A DNA stretch of 28,315 nt. Source: an uncultured delta proteobacterium. Lineage in GTDB: Bacteria; Desulfobacterota; Syntrophia; Syntrophales; UBA5619. The notes below the pieces were generated by a model that worked only from the letters and a program-made list of their open reading frames with translations, was not told the origin of the DNA and did not search any database. Within the stretch, counting starts at the first letter, position 1; the number at the start of each line of letters is the position of its first letter. The stretch is from the NCBI GenBank assembly GCA_963817385.1, contig CAWFOM010000013.1, positions 1 through 28,315 of the forward strand, written 5' to 3'. Positions 16,621 to 25,656 of the stretch are shown here, in pieces. The translations under genes were made by a program, and so were the position numbers.

Positions 16621-17638
16621 ATGAGACGGAAATCGTTACGGGCGGTTGTAGTCGGCATCTTCATCTTCTTATTGGCCTTACCTGCCGCGGCGACGGCCGC
16701 GGAGGAGAAGTGGCCGACCAGGCCGATCACGATCTACCATCGGTTTCGCCCCGGGCGGAGGGATGGACATGATGGGGAGGCTCCTGTCCGAAGGGATGCG
16801 TAAGACGCTGGGGGTCGCCATGCCGGTCGTCAATATGGTGGGCGCCAACGGGGCCGTTGCCATGGACCATGTCAACAAACAGCCGCGGGATGGCTACAAC
16901 CTCTACGGCATCAGCAGTGCGGTTTCCACCTTTCCGGCGACGGGGCTCTCGAAGCTGACCTACAAGGATTTCGGCATGGTCGGCATCCTCTTCGGAAATA
17001 TGGCGACCTTCTGCGTCCCCTACGACTCACCGATCAAGGACGGCAAGGAACTGGTCGAACGCCTGAAGAAGGGGGATCTAACCGGTTCCAACAGCGGCAT
17101 CGGCGGTATGTGGCATGTCCCGCAGTTGATCGTTGCCAACGCCCTGGGAGGCAAGTTCAAGGCCGTTCCCTACACGGGCGGCGCCCCGGCGGCCCTGGCG
17201 GCCGCCAAGAAAGAAGTTGACTTCTCCACGAGCGACCTCTCCGAGGCCCTGACCCTGATCAAATCGAAGATGTTGCGCCCCCTGATCGTCTTCGATGACG
17301 AGCCCTACCTTCTGGACGACATCAAGATCCCGCCCATCACGGACTTTGCCCCGGCGATGAAAAACAGGATCGCCGGCGGATTGGGCTGGCGCGCCCTGGG
17401 GTATCCCCGAGGCATTCCCCAGGACCGCGTGAACAAGCTGATTGACGCCTTCAAAGTCTCCCTGCAGAGCGATGCGGTGAAGGACTTCGCCAAGAAGAAC
17501 CTGCTGCCCATCAACGGCAAGACGGGTGCGGAGGCCGACAGGATCTTCGAGGCCGCCACGCAGACCCAGAGCTGGATCCTCTATGACATCAAGGAGGCGA
17601 AGCACTCCCCCCAGGAACTGGGCATCCCGAGACCGTAA
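16621..17638 (+). pseudogene. tctC: Tripartite tricarboxylate transporter substrate-binding protein (TctC/Bug) with a +1 frameshift at about 16737 (probably a sequencing error)
   Basis: Signal peptide, then WPTRPITIY and in the shifted frame IGFAPGGGMD, VVNMVGANG, DGYNL, VPYTGGAPA. Confidence 0.88.
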
Positions 17639-17690
17639 CCCTATTCGGGAGCGAACACCTCGAGAAAAGTCGCAAAAGCCTTGAATTTGG

Positions 17691-17815
17691 GACGGCTTCG
17701 TAAACAGGCCGCAGGCAAGGCGCGCGAGATCCGAGGAGTGAGGCGTACTTTGCCGTACGCCGCAATGACGAGGAATGAAGCGCAACGCAGCATCCGGACT
17801 TTTTACGAAGTCGTC
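17691..17815. repeat. MITE-like palindromic intergenic repeat
   Basis: Terminal inverted repeats GACGGCTTCGTAAA / TTTACGAAGTCGTC with internal GGCGTAC...GTACGCC hairpin. Confidence 0.8.
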
Positions 17816-17829
17816 AGGAGAGAAGAATC

Positions 17830-18303
17830 ATGGCAGCCGTAGATCGTGACGTCAGGGTCGGATGCGTCACCTTGGTTTTCGGGTTGTACATCTGTTGGGC
17901 TTCATTCACGATGCCCAGCCGCGGAGGATTCGTGGAGAGTCCGGGGATCTTCCCCGGACTGATGGGGATTCTTCTCATTCTCTTTGCGGTAATCCTGATT
18001 GCACGGTCGTGGAAGAAGGGCGGCCGGATTCATCCGATCCGGATCTTCGGATCGACCATCTCTATCGTGAAGTCGCAGGACCACCGGCCGGTCATCTTGG
18101 GCATTATCCTCCCCGCGATCTACGTCTTTGTGTGCATTCCGCTGATCGGTTTCTACATCTCGAGCGCCCTGTTTATGACGGTCATGTTTGCCCTGTTCGT
18201 GAAAAAGTGGCGGAAATGGTTTTTGTTTCTGCCCGTCGCCCTCGGCATCACGGGAATTCTGTACCTCACCTTCAATACGTTGTTCCAGCTGCAGATCTGG
18301 TAG
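17830..18303 (+). CDS. tctB: Tripartite tricarboxylate transporter small membrane subunit TctB
   Basis: About five hydrophobic helices, SPGIFP motif, located between tctC and tctA. Confidence 0.85.
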   Translation: MAAVDRDVRVGCVTLVFGLYICWASFTMPSRGGFVESPGIFPGLMGILLILFAVILIARSWKKGGRIHPIRIFGSTISIVKSQDHRPVILGIILPAIYVFVCIPLIGFYISSALFMTVMFALFVKKWRKWFLFLPVALGITGILYLTFNTLFQLQIW

Positions 18304-18327
18304 GCTTTAGCGAGGAGATTTCGCATC

Positions 18328-19851
18328 ATGGATTGGGTAAGCATGCTCACGGGCTTGGGAAAGGCCTTCGTCGACCTTTCCACCCCGTACGGATATTGGC
18401 TCATCACGATCGGTTGCGCCGTGGGTATCCTGGGCGGGGCGCTGCCCGGCGTCTCCACGACGATGACCGTGGCCCTTCTGGCGGTAATCACCTACACGAT
18501 GGACCCGCTCTGGTCCATCATCCTTCTCTCCGCCTGCCAGCTCGGGGGGACCTACGGCGGGTCGATCTCCGCCACCGTCCTCAACATTCCCGGGACGCCC
18601 GCCTCGGCGCCGACGGCGATCGAGGGGTACGCGCTGACGAAGAAGGGTGAGGCCGAGGTGGCCCTCGGCATTAACGTCTTCACGAGCTTCATGGGCAATA
18701 ATCTCGGGATCGTCATGCTCCTTCTCACTATGCCCTTTTTTGTCAAGCTCTCGATGATGTTCGGGCCCTGGGAGATGTTCTGGTTCGGCATCTTCGGGGT
18801 CTTCATCGCCGCCAATCTTTCCGAGGGAGACACCCTCAAGGGGATGATGGCCGCTACGGTCGGGCTGATCATCTCCTGTATCGGGATCGATCCGATCGAC
18901 GGTTCCCCGCGGTTTTCCTACGGCAGCACCTATCTTTCCGCGGGGATCCCGCTGATCCCGGCGATGATCGGCCTCTACGGCTTTACCGAGGTGTTCGAGG
19001 GGCTCACCGACGTCACGGTGAGCAGCTTCCCCCTGAAGAAGACCTCGCTTGTCGGCGCAGCCCGGATGTGGTGGAAGTACCGCTGGCTCTCCTTCCGGAC
19101 CTCGATCCTCGGCTATATCATCGGCGTCGCCCCGGGGATCGGCGCGAATGTTTCCTGCTGGGTGGGCTACGATCACGCCCGGAGCATGAGCAAGGAGCCC
19201 GAGAAGTTCGGCCACGGCAGCATCGAGGGACTGATCGGCTCCGAGACCTGCAACATGGCCAATGTGCCCGGGGCCTATGCCCCGGTCCTCTCCCTGGGTG
19301 TTCCCGGGGACGCCCCGACGGCCATCATGCTGGGGATCCTGATGCTCCATGGCATCAGGCCGGGACCGACGTTTCTGCTGACGAATCCGGAGTGGCTCTA
19401 TCAGATCGCGATGGCCCTCTTTATCGCCGGCATCCTTTTCGTTATCATCGGCACCTATGCCGGCAAGGGGCTGGTCCGGCTGTTCGTCAGCACCCCCCGG
19501 ACGGCGATGGCGGCCATCGTGGCGGTTTTGTGCGCACTGGGCGCGTATGCGGCGAACACGAATATCCTGGATATCTACCTGGCCTTCTCCTTCGGCGTCC
19601 TGGGAATCATCATGAAGCGGCTGGGGCTGCCCATCTCTCCGTTGGTGCTGGGACTGATCCTGGGGGCCGATCTGCTCGATGTCGAGTTCCGGAAATCCCT
19701 GCTGGCGGGTAAAGGCTCCCTCGCCCCTTTCTTCACCCGGGGGGTGAGTATTGTGCTCCTCGCTTTTATCGCCGTCGTTCTGTTCTTTCAGTATGGGTAT
19801 CCCAAAATCAAGGGCAGTCAGAAGAAGGATCGAACGGTTATTTTGGAATGA
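18328..19851 (+). CDS. tctA: Tripartite tricarboxylate transporter large permease TctA
   Basis: GALPG, YGGSISATVLNIPGTP, GIDP...PRF, SLGVPG, HGIRPGP motifs. Confidence 0.95.
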   Translation: MDWVSMLTGLGKAFVDLSTPYGYWLITIGCAVGILGGALPGVSTTMTVALLAVITYTMDPLWSIILLSACQLGGTYGGSISATVLNIPGTPASAPTAIEGYALTKKGEAEVALGINVFTSFMGNNLGIVMLLLTMPFFVKLSMMFGPWEMFWFGIFGVFIAANLSEGDTLKGMMAATVGLIISCIGIDPIDGSPRFSYGSTYLSAGIPLIPAMIGLYGFTEVFEGLTDVTVSSFPLKKTSLVGAARMWWKYRWLSFRTSILGYIIGVAPGIGANVSCWVGYDHARSMSKEPEKFGHGSIEGLIGSETCNMANVPGAYAPVLSLGVPGDAPTAIMLGILMLHGIRPGPTFLLTNPEWLYQIAMALFIAGILFVIIGTYAGKGLVRLFVSTPRTAMAAIVAVLCALGAYAANTNILDIYLAFSFGVLGIIMKRLGLPISPLVLGLILGADLLDVEFRKSLLAGKGSLAPFFTRGVSIVLLAFIAVVLFFQYGYPKIKGSQKKDRTVILE

Positions 19852-19935
19852 CCGTAATGAAGAATCCGCTTGTGAATCCATGAGCGATTGCACGTGCCGC
19901 GGCTTGCCGCGGTGCCTTATCAGAAGGAAGGATCA

Positions 19936-21183
19936 ATGAAAGCAGAGATTATCGCAGTCGGAACGGAACTTCTCCTGGGGCAGATCGTGGACACCAACTC
20001 GGCCTATATGGCCCAGCAGTTAACGACCATCGGCCTGGACCTCCATTTTAAATCCACCGTCGGGGACAACCTGGAACGAATCAAGTCGACACTGCGGACT
20101 GCGCTCGGCCGGTCGGATTTCATCATCACGACCGGCGGGATCGGTCCGACTATCGACGATCTGACGCGGGAGGCCGTGGCCGAAGTATTAGAGAGACCGC
20201 TGGTGTTCCAACCGGCCCTTTTCGACCAGATCAGTGATTTCTTCACCCGTCTGGGCCGGACCGCAAGTCCGAACAACCGCAAACAGGCATACATTCCCGA
20301 GGGGGCGATCCCGATCGAAAATCCGGTCGGAACCGCACCCGGTTTCATCGCGGAGAAGGACGGCAAGGCGATCATCATCGTTCCCGGGGTTCCCCACGAG
20401 ATGCGGTATTTCATGGAGCACAGCGTCATCCCCTATTTGCGCGGGAAACTGGGAATCCGCGAGGTGATCGTTTCGCGGGTCCTCAAGCTGTTCGGCATCG
20501 GCGAGAGCCTGGTGGATGAGCGGCTCAAGGACCTGATCGAAGAGGGATCGAACCCCACGATCGGACTTCTGGCCCATACCCAGATCGGAGAGATCCATGT
20601 CCGCCTGACGGCCAAAGCGGCCGAGAGAACCCAGGCGGAGGCGTTGAATGCCGCGCTGGAGGCGCGGATTCGGGAGCGCCTGGCGGAATTCATCTTCGGG
20701 GTCGATGAGGAGAGCTATGAAGGGATTGTGAGCTCTCTTCTGAGGAAGGCCGGTCTCACCGTAGCCGTGGCCGAAACCGCATTCGGCAGTTCCGTCAGCC
20801 AGGCGGTGAAGCAGATGGAAGGGGGAGCGGAATTCTTCCGGCTGGGCGTTACCGTCGTCAGCCCGGAGATGGCTCGAACGCTGCTTTCAGTGCCCTCTTC
20901 TCTCTGGCAGGAGGGGAACGGAGTCAATGCCGGCCTGGCCAAGGCCCTGGCCGAGGGGATTCGTCGTGTGGCAGGAGCGGATCTCGGGTTGGGGGTGATC
21001 GGCCGGGCAGGCAAGGGAAAAGAGCGGGACCATTTGATCTATATTGCCTTGGCCCATGCGGGGACGACGAGTTGCATCGAGCAACGCTGGCCGTCGGCCA
21101 TGGGTTTCATTGAAAACCGCATGACCAAGATGGCCCTTGCCCAGGTGCGGAAATATCTTTCCTCAGATGCATCCTCTCGCTGA
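19936..21183 (+). CDS. cinA: CinA-like protein (MoCF-biosynthesis/ADPR-pyrophosphatase N-domain plus degenerate PncC-like C-domain)
   Basis: AEIIAVGTELLLGQIVDTNS, VGDN, TGGIGPTIDDLT, PGVPHEM; C-domain has AVAETAFG instead of AESCTGG. Confidence 0.88.
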   Translation: MKAEIIAVGTELLLGQIVDTNSAYMAQQLTTIGLDLHFKSTVGDNLERIKSTLRTALGRSDFIITTGGIGPTIDDLTREAVAEVLERPLVFQPALFDQISDFFTRLGRTASPNNRKQAYIPEGAIPIENPVGTAPGFIAEKDGKAIIIVPGVPHEMRYFMEHSVIPYLRGKLGIREVIVSRVLKLFGIGESLVDERLKDLIEEGSNPTIGLLAHTQIGEIHVRLTAKAAERTQAEALNAALEARIRERLAEFIFGVDEESYEGIVSSLLRKAGLTVAVAETAFGSSVSQAVKQMEGGAEFFRLGVTVVSPEMARTLLSVPSSLWQEGNGVNAGLAKALAEGIRRVAGADLGLGVIGRAGKGKERDHLIYIALAHAGTTSCIEQRWPSAMGFIENRMTKMALAQVRKYLSSDASSR

Positions 21184-21263
21184 CGACCTCGACATAGGGG
21201 AGTTCATTGGGCCGCAGTGACGATTGGGGTAAAATCTTGCAACCTTTTTAACGTACCGTAGGG

Positions 21264-21482
21264 TTATTCTAATTCCATGCTCAATCGTACAATTTCCCTT
21301 AACTGATTTTCCGGCAACGAAGGCATATGCTGATGACGTTTTTCACAACAAGATTGATTTGAGATGTTTCGACAACTTATCGCACCTGCTGCAATGATTT
21401 TTATTATGGCATCATCATCAGTATTCGCATAGACTTTTATTACTCGTTTGCATGGGACAGGGCAGGTAAATGTATAGACCAT
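21264..21482 (-). CDS. Small Cys-rich protein (72 aa), possibly metal-binding (DUF1059-like)
   Basis: GAGGAG RBS before the ATG at 21482; YTFTCPVPCKRVIKVYANTDDDAI pattern; five Cys. Confidence 0.65.
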   Translation of the reverse strand: MVYTFTCPVPCKRVIKVYANTDDDAIIKIIAAGAISCRNISNQSCCEKRHQHMPSLPENQLREIVRLSMELE

Positions 21483-21705
21483 GATTCTCACTCCTCACGT
21501 ATCTTCCTTGACAATCCCCTATGATCCCTTAGTGGATTGCCCCCGATGCGTATACGAAACAGTAAAGGACGGTTACGTCCCCGCGGCAGAAAGATGACTC
21601 ACTTTTTCAACAATCCTTATGAAAAATATCGGTCTTTTAACCATAAACTTTAATGAAATTTACACATCGGGGCCCCATGCCCCATTTTGCGGCTGTTTCT
21701 ATTCA

Positions 21706-21734
21706 TTGACACCCCTGGCCGATCGTCCTATACT
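21706..21734 (+). promoter_or_regulatory. sigma70 promoter of the usp gene
   Basis: TTGACA-17 bp-TATACT, downstream of the ORF-track start and so supporting ATG 21799. Confidence 0.8.
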
Positions 21735-21798
21735 CCCGGACCATAGCCTGTTTCTCATCAATAAAACAAACGACGACAGGAGAAAGGAAGGAATAAGA

Positions 21799-22275
21799 AT
21801 GATTGAGTATCCTAAATACAAAAAAGTGCTCTTCTGTACCGATTTCTCTGAAAATTCGGATTGCGCCTTCGATTATGCCTTCGGTGTTGCGAAGAGGGAC
21901 GGGGGCGTTCTCTATATCCTCCACGTCATACCCAACATTCCCAATCAGTACTATGCATCTCTTTACTCCAAACCGGAGAATTTCGACAAGATACAGACGG
22001 CCATTCGGGAAAATCTGGAGCAGAGGTATAACGATCAATATCTCAGCCAGATCAAGGATAAGACGAAAGTCAAAATCGTCACCAAATCCGGTCGTGAAGA
22101 TGAGGAAATCCTCAAATTTGCGCGGAAGGAAGGTATTGACATTATCGTAATCGGCACCCATGGGAGGACGGGGATAAAGCACGCCGTCTTTGGGAGCGTA
22201 GCCGAGAAAATCATCAGATACAGCCCGATCCCCGTCTTCGTCATTCCGTGCAAAAAGAAGTCCGGCCGCGCCTGA
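21799..22275 (+). CDS. Universal stress protein (UspA family)
   Basis: YKKVLFCTDFSENS, ILHV, DIIVIGTHGRTG...FGSVAEKIIRYSPIPVFVI; AAGGAAGGA RBS. Confidence 0.95.
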   Translation: MIEYPKYKKVLFCTDFSENSDCAFDYAFGVAKRDGGVLYILHVIPNIPNQYYASLYSKPENFDKIQTAIRENLEQRYNDQYLSQIKDKTKVKIVTKSGREDEEILKFARKEGIDIIVIGTHGRTGIKHAVFGSVAEKIIRYSPIPVFVIPCKKKSGRA

Positions 22276-22304
22276 GGCAGGGTTTGATGGAGGATGATGA
22301 GCTT

Positions 22305-23213
22305 ATGAAGCTGGCAACCATCGGTTTCTGCGGACTTGGAGCCATGGGCTATCCCATGGCCTCACGTCTGGCTGCTCGCGGTCATGCGTTGACCGTATTC
22401 GACCTGGACGCCTCGCGCATGAAGCGCTTTGCGTCCGAGCACGGCGCCGCGGCTGCTGCTGCCGTGATCGAGCTGGCGCACTGCGAGACCGTGATCACGA
22501 TGGTGCCGGACTCCGATGCCGTCGAGCACGCCGTCCTGGGCGATGCCGCGGTTCCTGGTTTTGCGCAAGCAATGCCTCCGGACTCTGTGGTCATGGACAT
22601 GAGTTCATCCGACCCGTTCCGGACCCGTGCGCTCGCGCAACGGCTCGCCGGAATGGGACTGCATCTGATCGACGCGCCGGTATCGGGTGGCGTAAAACGG
22701 GCGGTGAGCGGCCAGCTCGCGATCATGGCCGGCGGCGAACCCGAAGTCATCGAGCGTTGCCGGCCTGTCCTCGAAGTGTTGGGAAACTCGCTCTTCATCG
22801 TGGGTGCGGCGGGCGCGGGACATGCCGTAAAAGCGCTTAATAATTTTGTGTCGGCCGCGGGACTGGCGGCAACGGTCGAGGCGTTACGGGCGGGTGAGGC
22901 CTTCGGACTTGACCCAAACGTGATGACGAATGTGTTCAACGCATCGACCGGACGCAACAACACCACCGAGAACAAGGTCGCCCAGTTCATGATCTCCGGC
23001 GCTTACAACTCAGGATTCTCGTTAAGGCTGATGCGTAAGGACATTCGGACGGCCCTGGAATTGGGGCGCGCACTTGGGCTCGATATGACGCTCGGGACCG
23101 CCTGCCTGCGCCTGTGGGATGCCGCCGGCGAGCGGGCCGAGGCGGCTGACCACACAGAAATGTACCGCCTGATCCCGGAGCTGGAAACACTCGATGATCC
23201 GCTGAGGCGATAA
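22305..23213 (+). CDS. NAD(P)-dependent beta-hydroxyacid dehydrogenase (3-hydroxyisobutyrate/tartronate-semialdehyde reductase family)
   Basis: IGFCGLGAMGYPMA, DMSS, DAPVSGG, GAGHAVKALNN (catalytic Lys), FSLRLMRKD. Confidence 0.92.
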   Translation: MKLATIGFCGLGAMGYPMASRLAARGHALTVFDLDASRMKRFASEHGAAAAAAVIELAHCETVITMVPDSDAVEHAVLGDAAVPGFAQAMPPDSVVMDMSSSDPFRTRALAQRLAGMGLHLIDAPVSGGVKRAVSGQLAIMAGGEPEVIERCRPVLEVLGNSLFIVGAAGAGHAVKALNNFVSAAGLAATVEALRAGEAFGLDPNVMTNVFNASTGRNNTTENKVAQFMISGAYNSGFSLRLMRKDIRTALELGRALGLDMTLGTACLRLWDAAGERAEAADHTEMYRLIPELETLDDPLRR

Positions 23214-23284
23214 TTCTGCGGATGTCGGTAACGACCTGCCGGGCATTCGCGTTTATGTGCTCGTCATTCGGAAGAGATCGTGAC

Positions 23285-24118
23285 ATGGCGAAGGGCCGAC
23301 GGGACATCCGGAAACTTTTCATTATTGAGAATGCAGGGTGGCTGATCCTCTTTTGTCTTGTCTTATTCTCCGTCGTTTTGCGGGTTCACGGCGAGGCCGC
23401 CGAGAAGCCGATGCCGGGAAAGACGCCCTGGTATGGGTATCGGGTCATCCGTTCCACTCCCCATGATCGGCAGGCATTCACCCAGGGCCTGTTCTATGCC
23501 GACGGCTGCTTGTACGAAGGTACGGGACTGCACGGCCGTTCCTCGTTGCGCAAGGTGGACCTGGCTTCGGGCCGTGTCTTGAAAGAGATCAGGCTGGCGC
23601 CGTTCTACTTTGGAGAGGGGATCGCGGCTTTCGGCGATCGGATCGTGCAGGTTACATGGCAGTCCCGCGTCGGTTTTGTTTATGACAAGAAATCGTTCCG
23701 CCTCCTGCAGCAATTCACCTATCCCCATGAAGGATGGGGAATCACCCATGACGGTAAACGGCTCATCATGAGCGATGGAACATCCATTCTGCATCTCCTG
23801 GACCCGACCGACTTTCATGAAACGGCAACACTATCCGTCTTTGATGAGCGGGGGCCGGTTGCCGGTCTCAATGAACTGGAATACATTCAGGGCGCCATTT
23901 ATGCGAACATCTGGCCGACGAATCATATCGCTGTCATCGACCCCGTGACGGGGCGGGTCACAGCCCGGATCGATCTGAAGGGATTGCTCGATGTGAGAGA
24001 TGCCCCGGGCGCGGACGTCCTCAACGGCATCGCCTATGATGGGCGGGGCGATCGCTTGTTCGTCACGGGGAAATTATGGCCGAAGGTCTTTGAGATCAAA
24101 ATCGTCAAGGATCCCTGA
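23285..24118 (+). CDS. Glutaminyl-peptide cyclotransferase (beta-propeller type), N-terminally anchored or secreted
   Basis: HDRQAFTQGL, YEGTG, FGEG, EGWG, SDG, LNELE, VLNGIA, VTGKLWP motifs; hydrophobic N-terminal segment. Confidence 0.93.
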   Translation: MAKGRRDIRKLFIIENAGWLILFCLVLFSVVLRVHGEAAEKPMPGKTPWYGYRVIRSTPHDRQAFTQGLFYADGCLYEGTGLHGRSSLRKVDLASGRVLKEIRLAPFYFGEGIAAFGDRIVQVTWQSRVGFVYDKKSFRLLQQFTYPHEGWGITHDGKRLIMSDGTSILHLLDPTDFHETATLSVFDERGPVAGLNELEYIQGAIYANIWPTNHIAVIDPVTGRVTARIDLKGLLDVRDAPGADVLNGIAYDGRGDRLFVTGKLWPKVFEIKIVKDP

Positions 24119-24179
24119 TTTCAGAAGTGGTTATTGACACAAGCGGCTCTTGACGGGCGATTGAGGAATCCCGGAGGGA

Positions 24180-24887
24180 TCAAATCATGAGATATTTCTC
24201 TTTGATCTCTTCATTCCTGCTCAGATCTTCGATGGTTCCTTCATACTCAATCCGGCCTTTATTGATGACGTAGGCGCGATCGGCAATGGCCAGGGAAAAG
24301 CGGATGTTCTGTTCCGAAAAGAGAATCGTGACACCCATCTCTTTGAGCTTGATGAGCTTTTCGGCGAAATCCTTGACAATCAGGGGCGCCAGGCCCTCAA
24401 CGGGCTCGTCGAGGAGTATCAATTCCGGATTTCCCATGAGCGTCCTGCCGATGGTGAGCATCTGTTGTTCACCGCCGCTGAGGTGGCCGCCGAGGTGTTT
24501 TTCGAGGTTTTTAAGATGGGGAAAGGTGTCGTACACCTTTTCGATTGTCCAGGGTTCGCCCTGGTAATGTTCGGAGTTTTTTCGGGCGATCTCAAGGTTC
24601 TCGCGCACCGTAAGGTCGGGGAAGATGAGCCGGTTGTCGGGAACATAGCCGATTCCCTTTTGGGCAACGTAATAGGAAGGTCGGCCTCGCAGCTCCTCGC
24701 CGTGAAACACCACCGTGCCCTTTTTCGGGGCGGTAAGACCCATGATGCTGCGCAGGGTTGTGGTCTTGCCGGAGCCGTTCCTGCCCAGCAGGCAGACCAG
24801 TTCGCCGCATTTCATGTTCAGCGCCACGTCGAAGAGTATGTGACTTGTTCCGTAATAGGTATTTATTCCGGAGACTTCCAGTATCAT
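24180..24887 (-). CDS. Branched-chain amino-acid-type ABC transporter ATP-binding protein (LivF-like)
   Basis: GRNGSGKTT, LSGGEQQML, LLDEPVEGLAP. Confidence 0.95.
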   Translation of the reverse strand: MILEVSGINTYYGTSHILFDVALNMKCGELVCLLGRNGSGKTTTLRSIMGLTAPKKGTVVFHGEELRGRPSYYVAQKGIGYVPDNRLIFPDLTVRENLEIARKNSEHYQGEPWTIEKVYDTFPHLKNLEKHLGGHLSGGEQQMLTIGRTLMGNPELILLDEPVEGLAPLIVKDFAEKLIKLKEMGVTILFSEQNIRFSLAIADRAYVINKGRIEYEGTIEDLSRNEEIKEKYLMI

Positions 24888-25654
24888 ACTTCCTCACCAA
24901 GGTAGCATTTTTGCGCTTCTGCATTTTTTCTCACCTCTTCAGGCGTGCCTTCTGCGATGACCATCCCCTGATAGAGTACCGAGAGCTTCCGCGCGTAACC
25001 GAAGATTACCGATATGTCATGCTCCGTAAAAAGGATGCTGAGCCCGATCTCCCTGTTCAGACGTTTCACCAGCTCCATCGTTTCCTGTGTCTCCTCCGAG
25101 GACATGCCGGCCGTCGGCTCGTCCAGAAGCAGGAGCTCCGGTTTTCCCGCCAGGGCCAACGCCAGTTCGAGTTTCTTCTTGTCGCCTTGCGAGAGGATGC
25201 CGGCAAGGGTATCCGCGTACGGCAGTAGTCCCGTCAGCTCGATCAGATCGAGCGTGTTTTCCCGGGCGAGCCGGTGCGCCGGCGTAACGATGTTCAGGGT
25301 GCGCTTCTGCTGCGACAGGATGGCCTGCCTGATATTTTCGTACGTAGTCAAGCGGGGATAGATGTTGCTCACCTGGAAGGCGCGGCTGACGCCCGCGCGG
25401 GCGATGCGGTGGCGCGGCCAGTTGGTGATCTCCCTTCCCATGAAACGGACGGTCCCGCCGTCCACGAGATGGTAACCCGTTATCAGGTTGAAAAAGGTGC
25501 TTTTCCCGGCGCCGTTGGGTCCGATGATGGCCGCGATCTCGCCTTTCGGCAGGCTGTAGCTGACGTCGGTCAGTACCTTGTATTTGCCGAAAGACTTCCT
25601 GAGTCCGGTTATCTGCAAAATGGAGGTGCTGTTATCACCCATCGTTTCCGCCAT
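24884..25654 (-). CDS. Branched-chain amino-acid-type ABC transporter ATP-binding protein (LivG-like)
   Basis: GPNGAGKST, LSQGDKK, LLDEPTAGM, TEHD; start at 25654 or 25642. Confidence 0.93.
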   Translation of the reverse strand: MAETMGDNSTSILQITGLRKSFGKYKVLTDVSYSLPKGEIAAIIGPNGAGKSTFFNLITGYHLVDGGTVRFMGREITNWPRHRIARAGVSRAFQVSNIYPRLTTYENIRQAILSQQKRTLNIVTPAHRLARENTLDLIELTGLLPYADTLAGILSQGDKKKLELALALAGKPELLLLDEPTAGMSSEETQETMELVKRLNREIGLSILFTEHDISVIFGYARKLSVLYQGMVIAEGTPEEVRKNAEAQKCYLGEEV

Positions 25655-25656
25655 CC

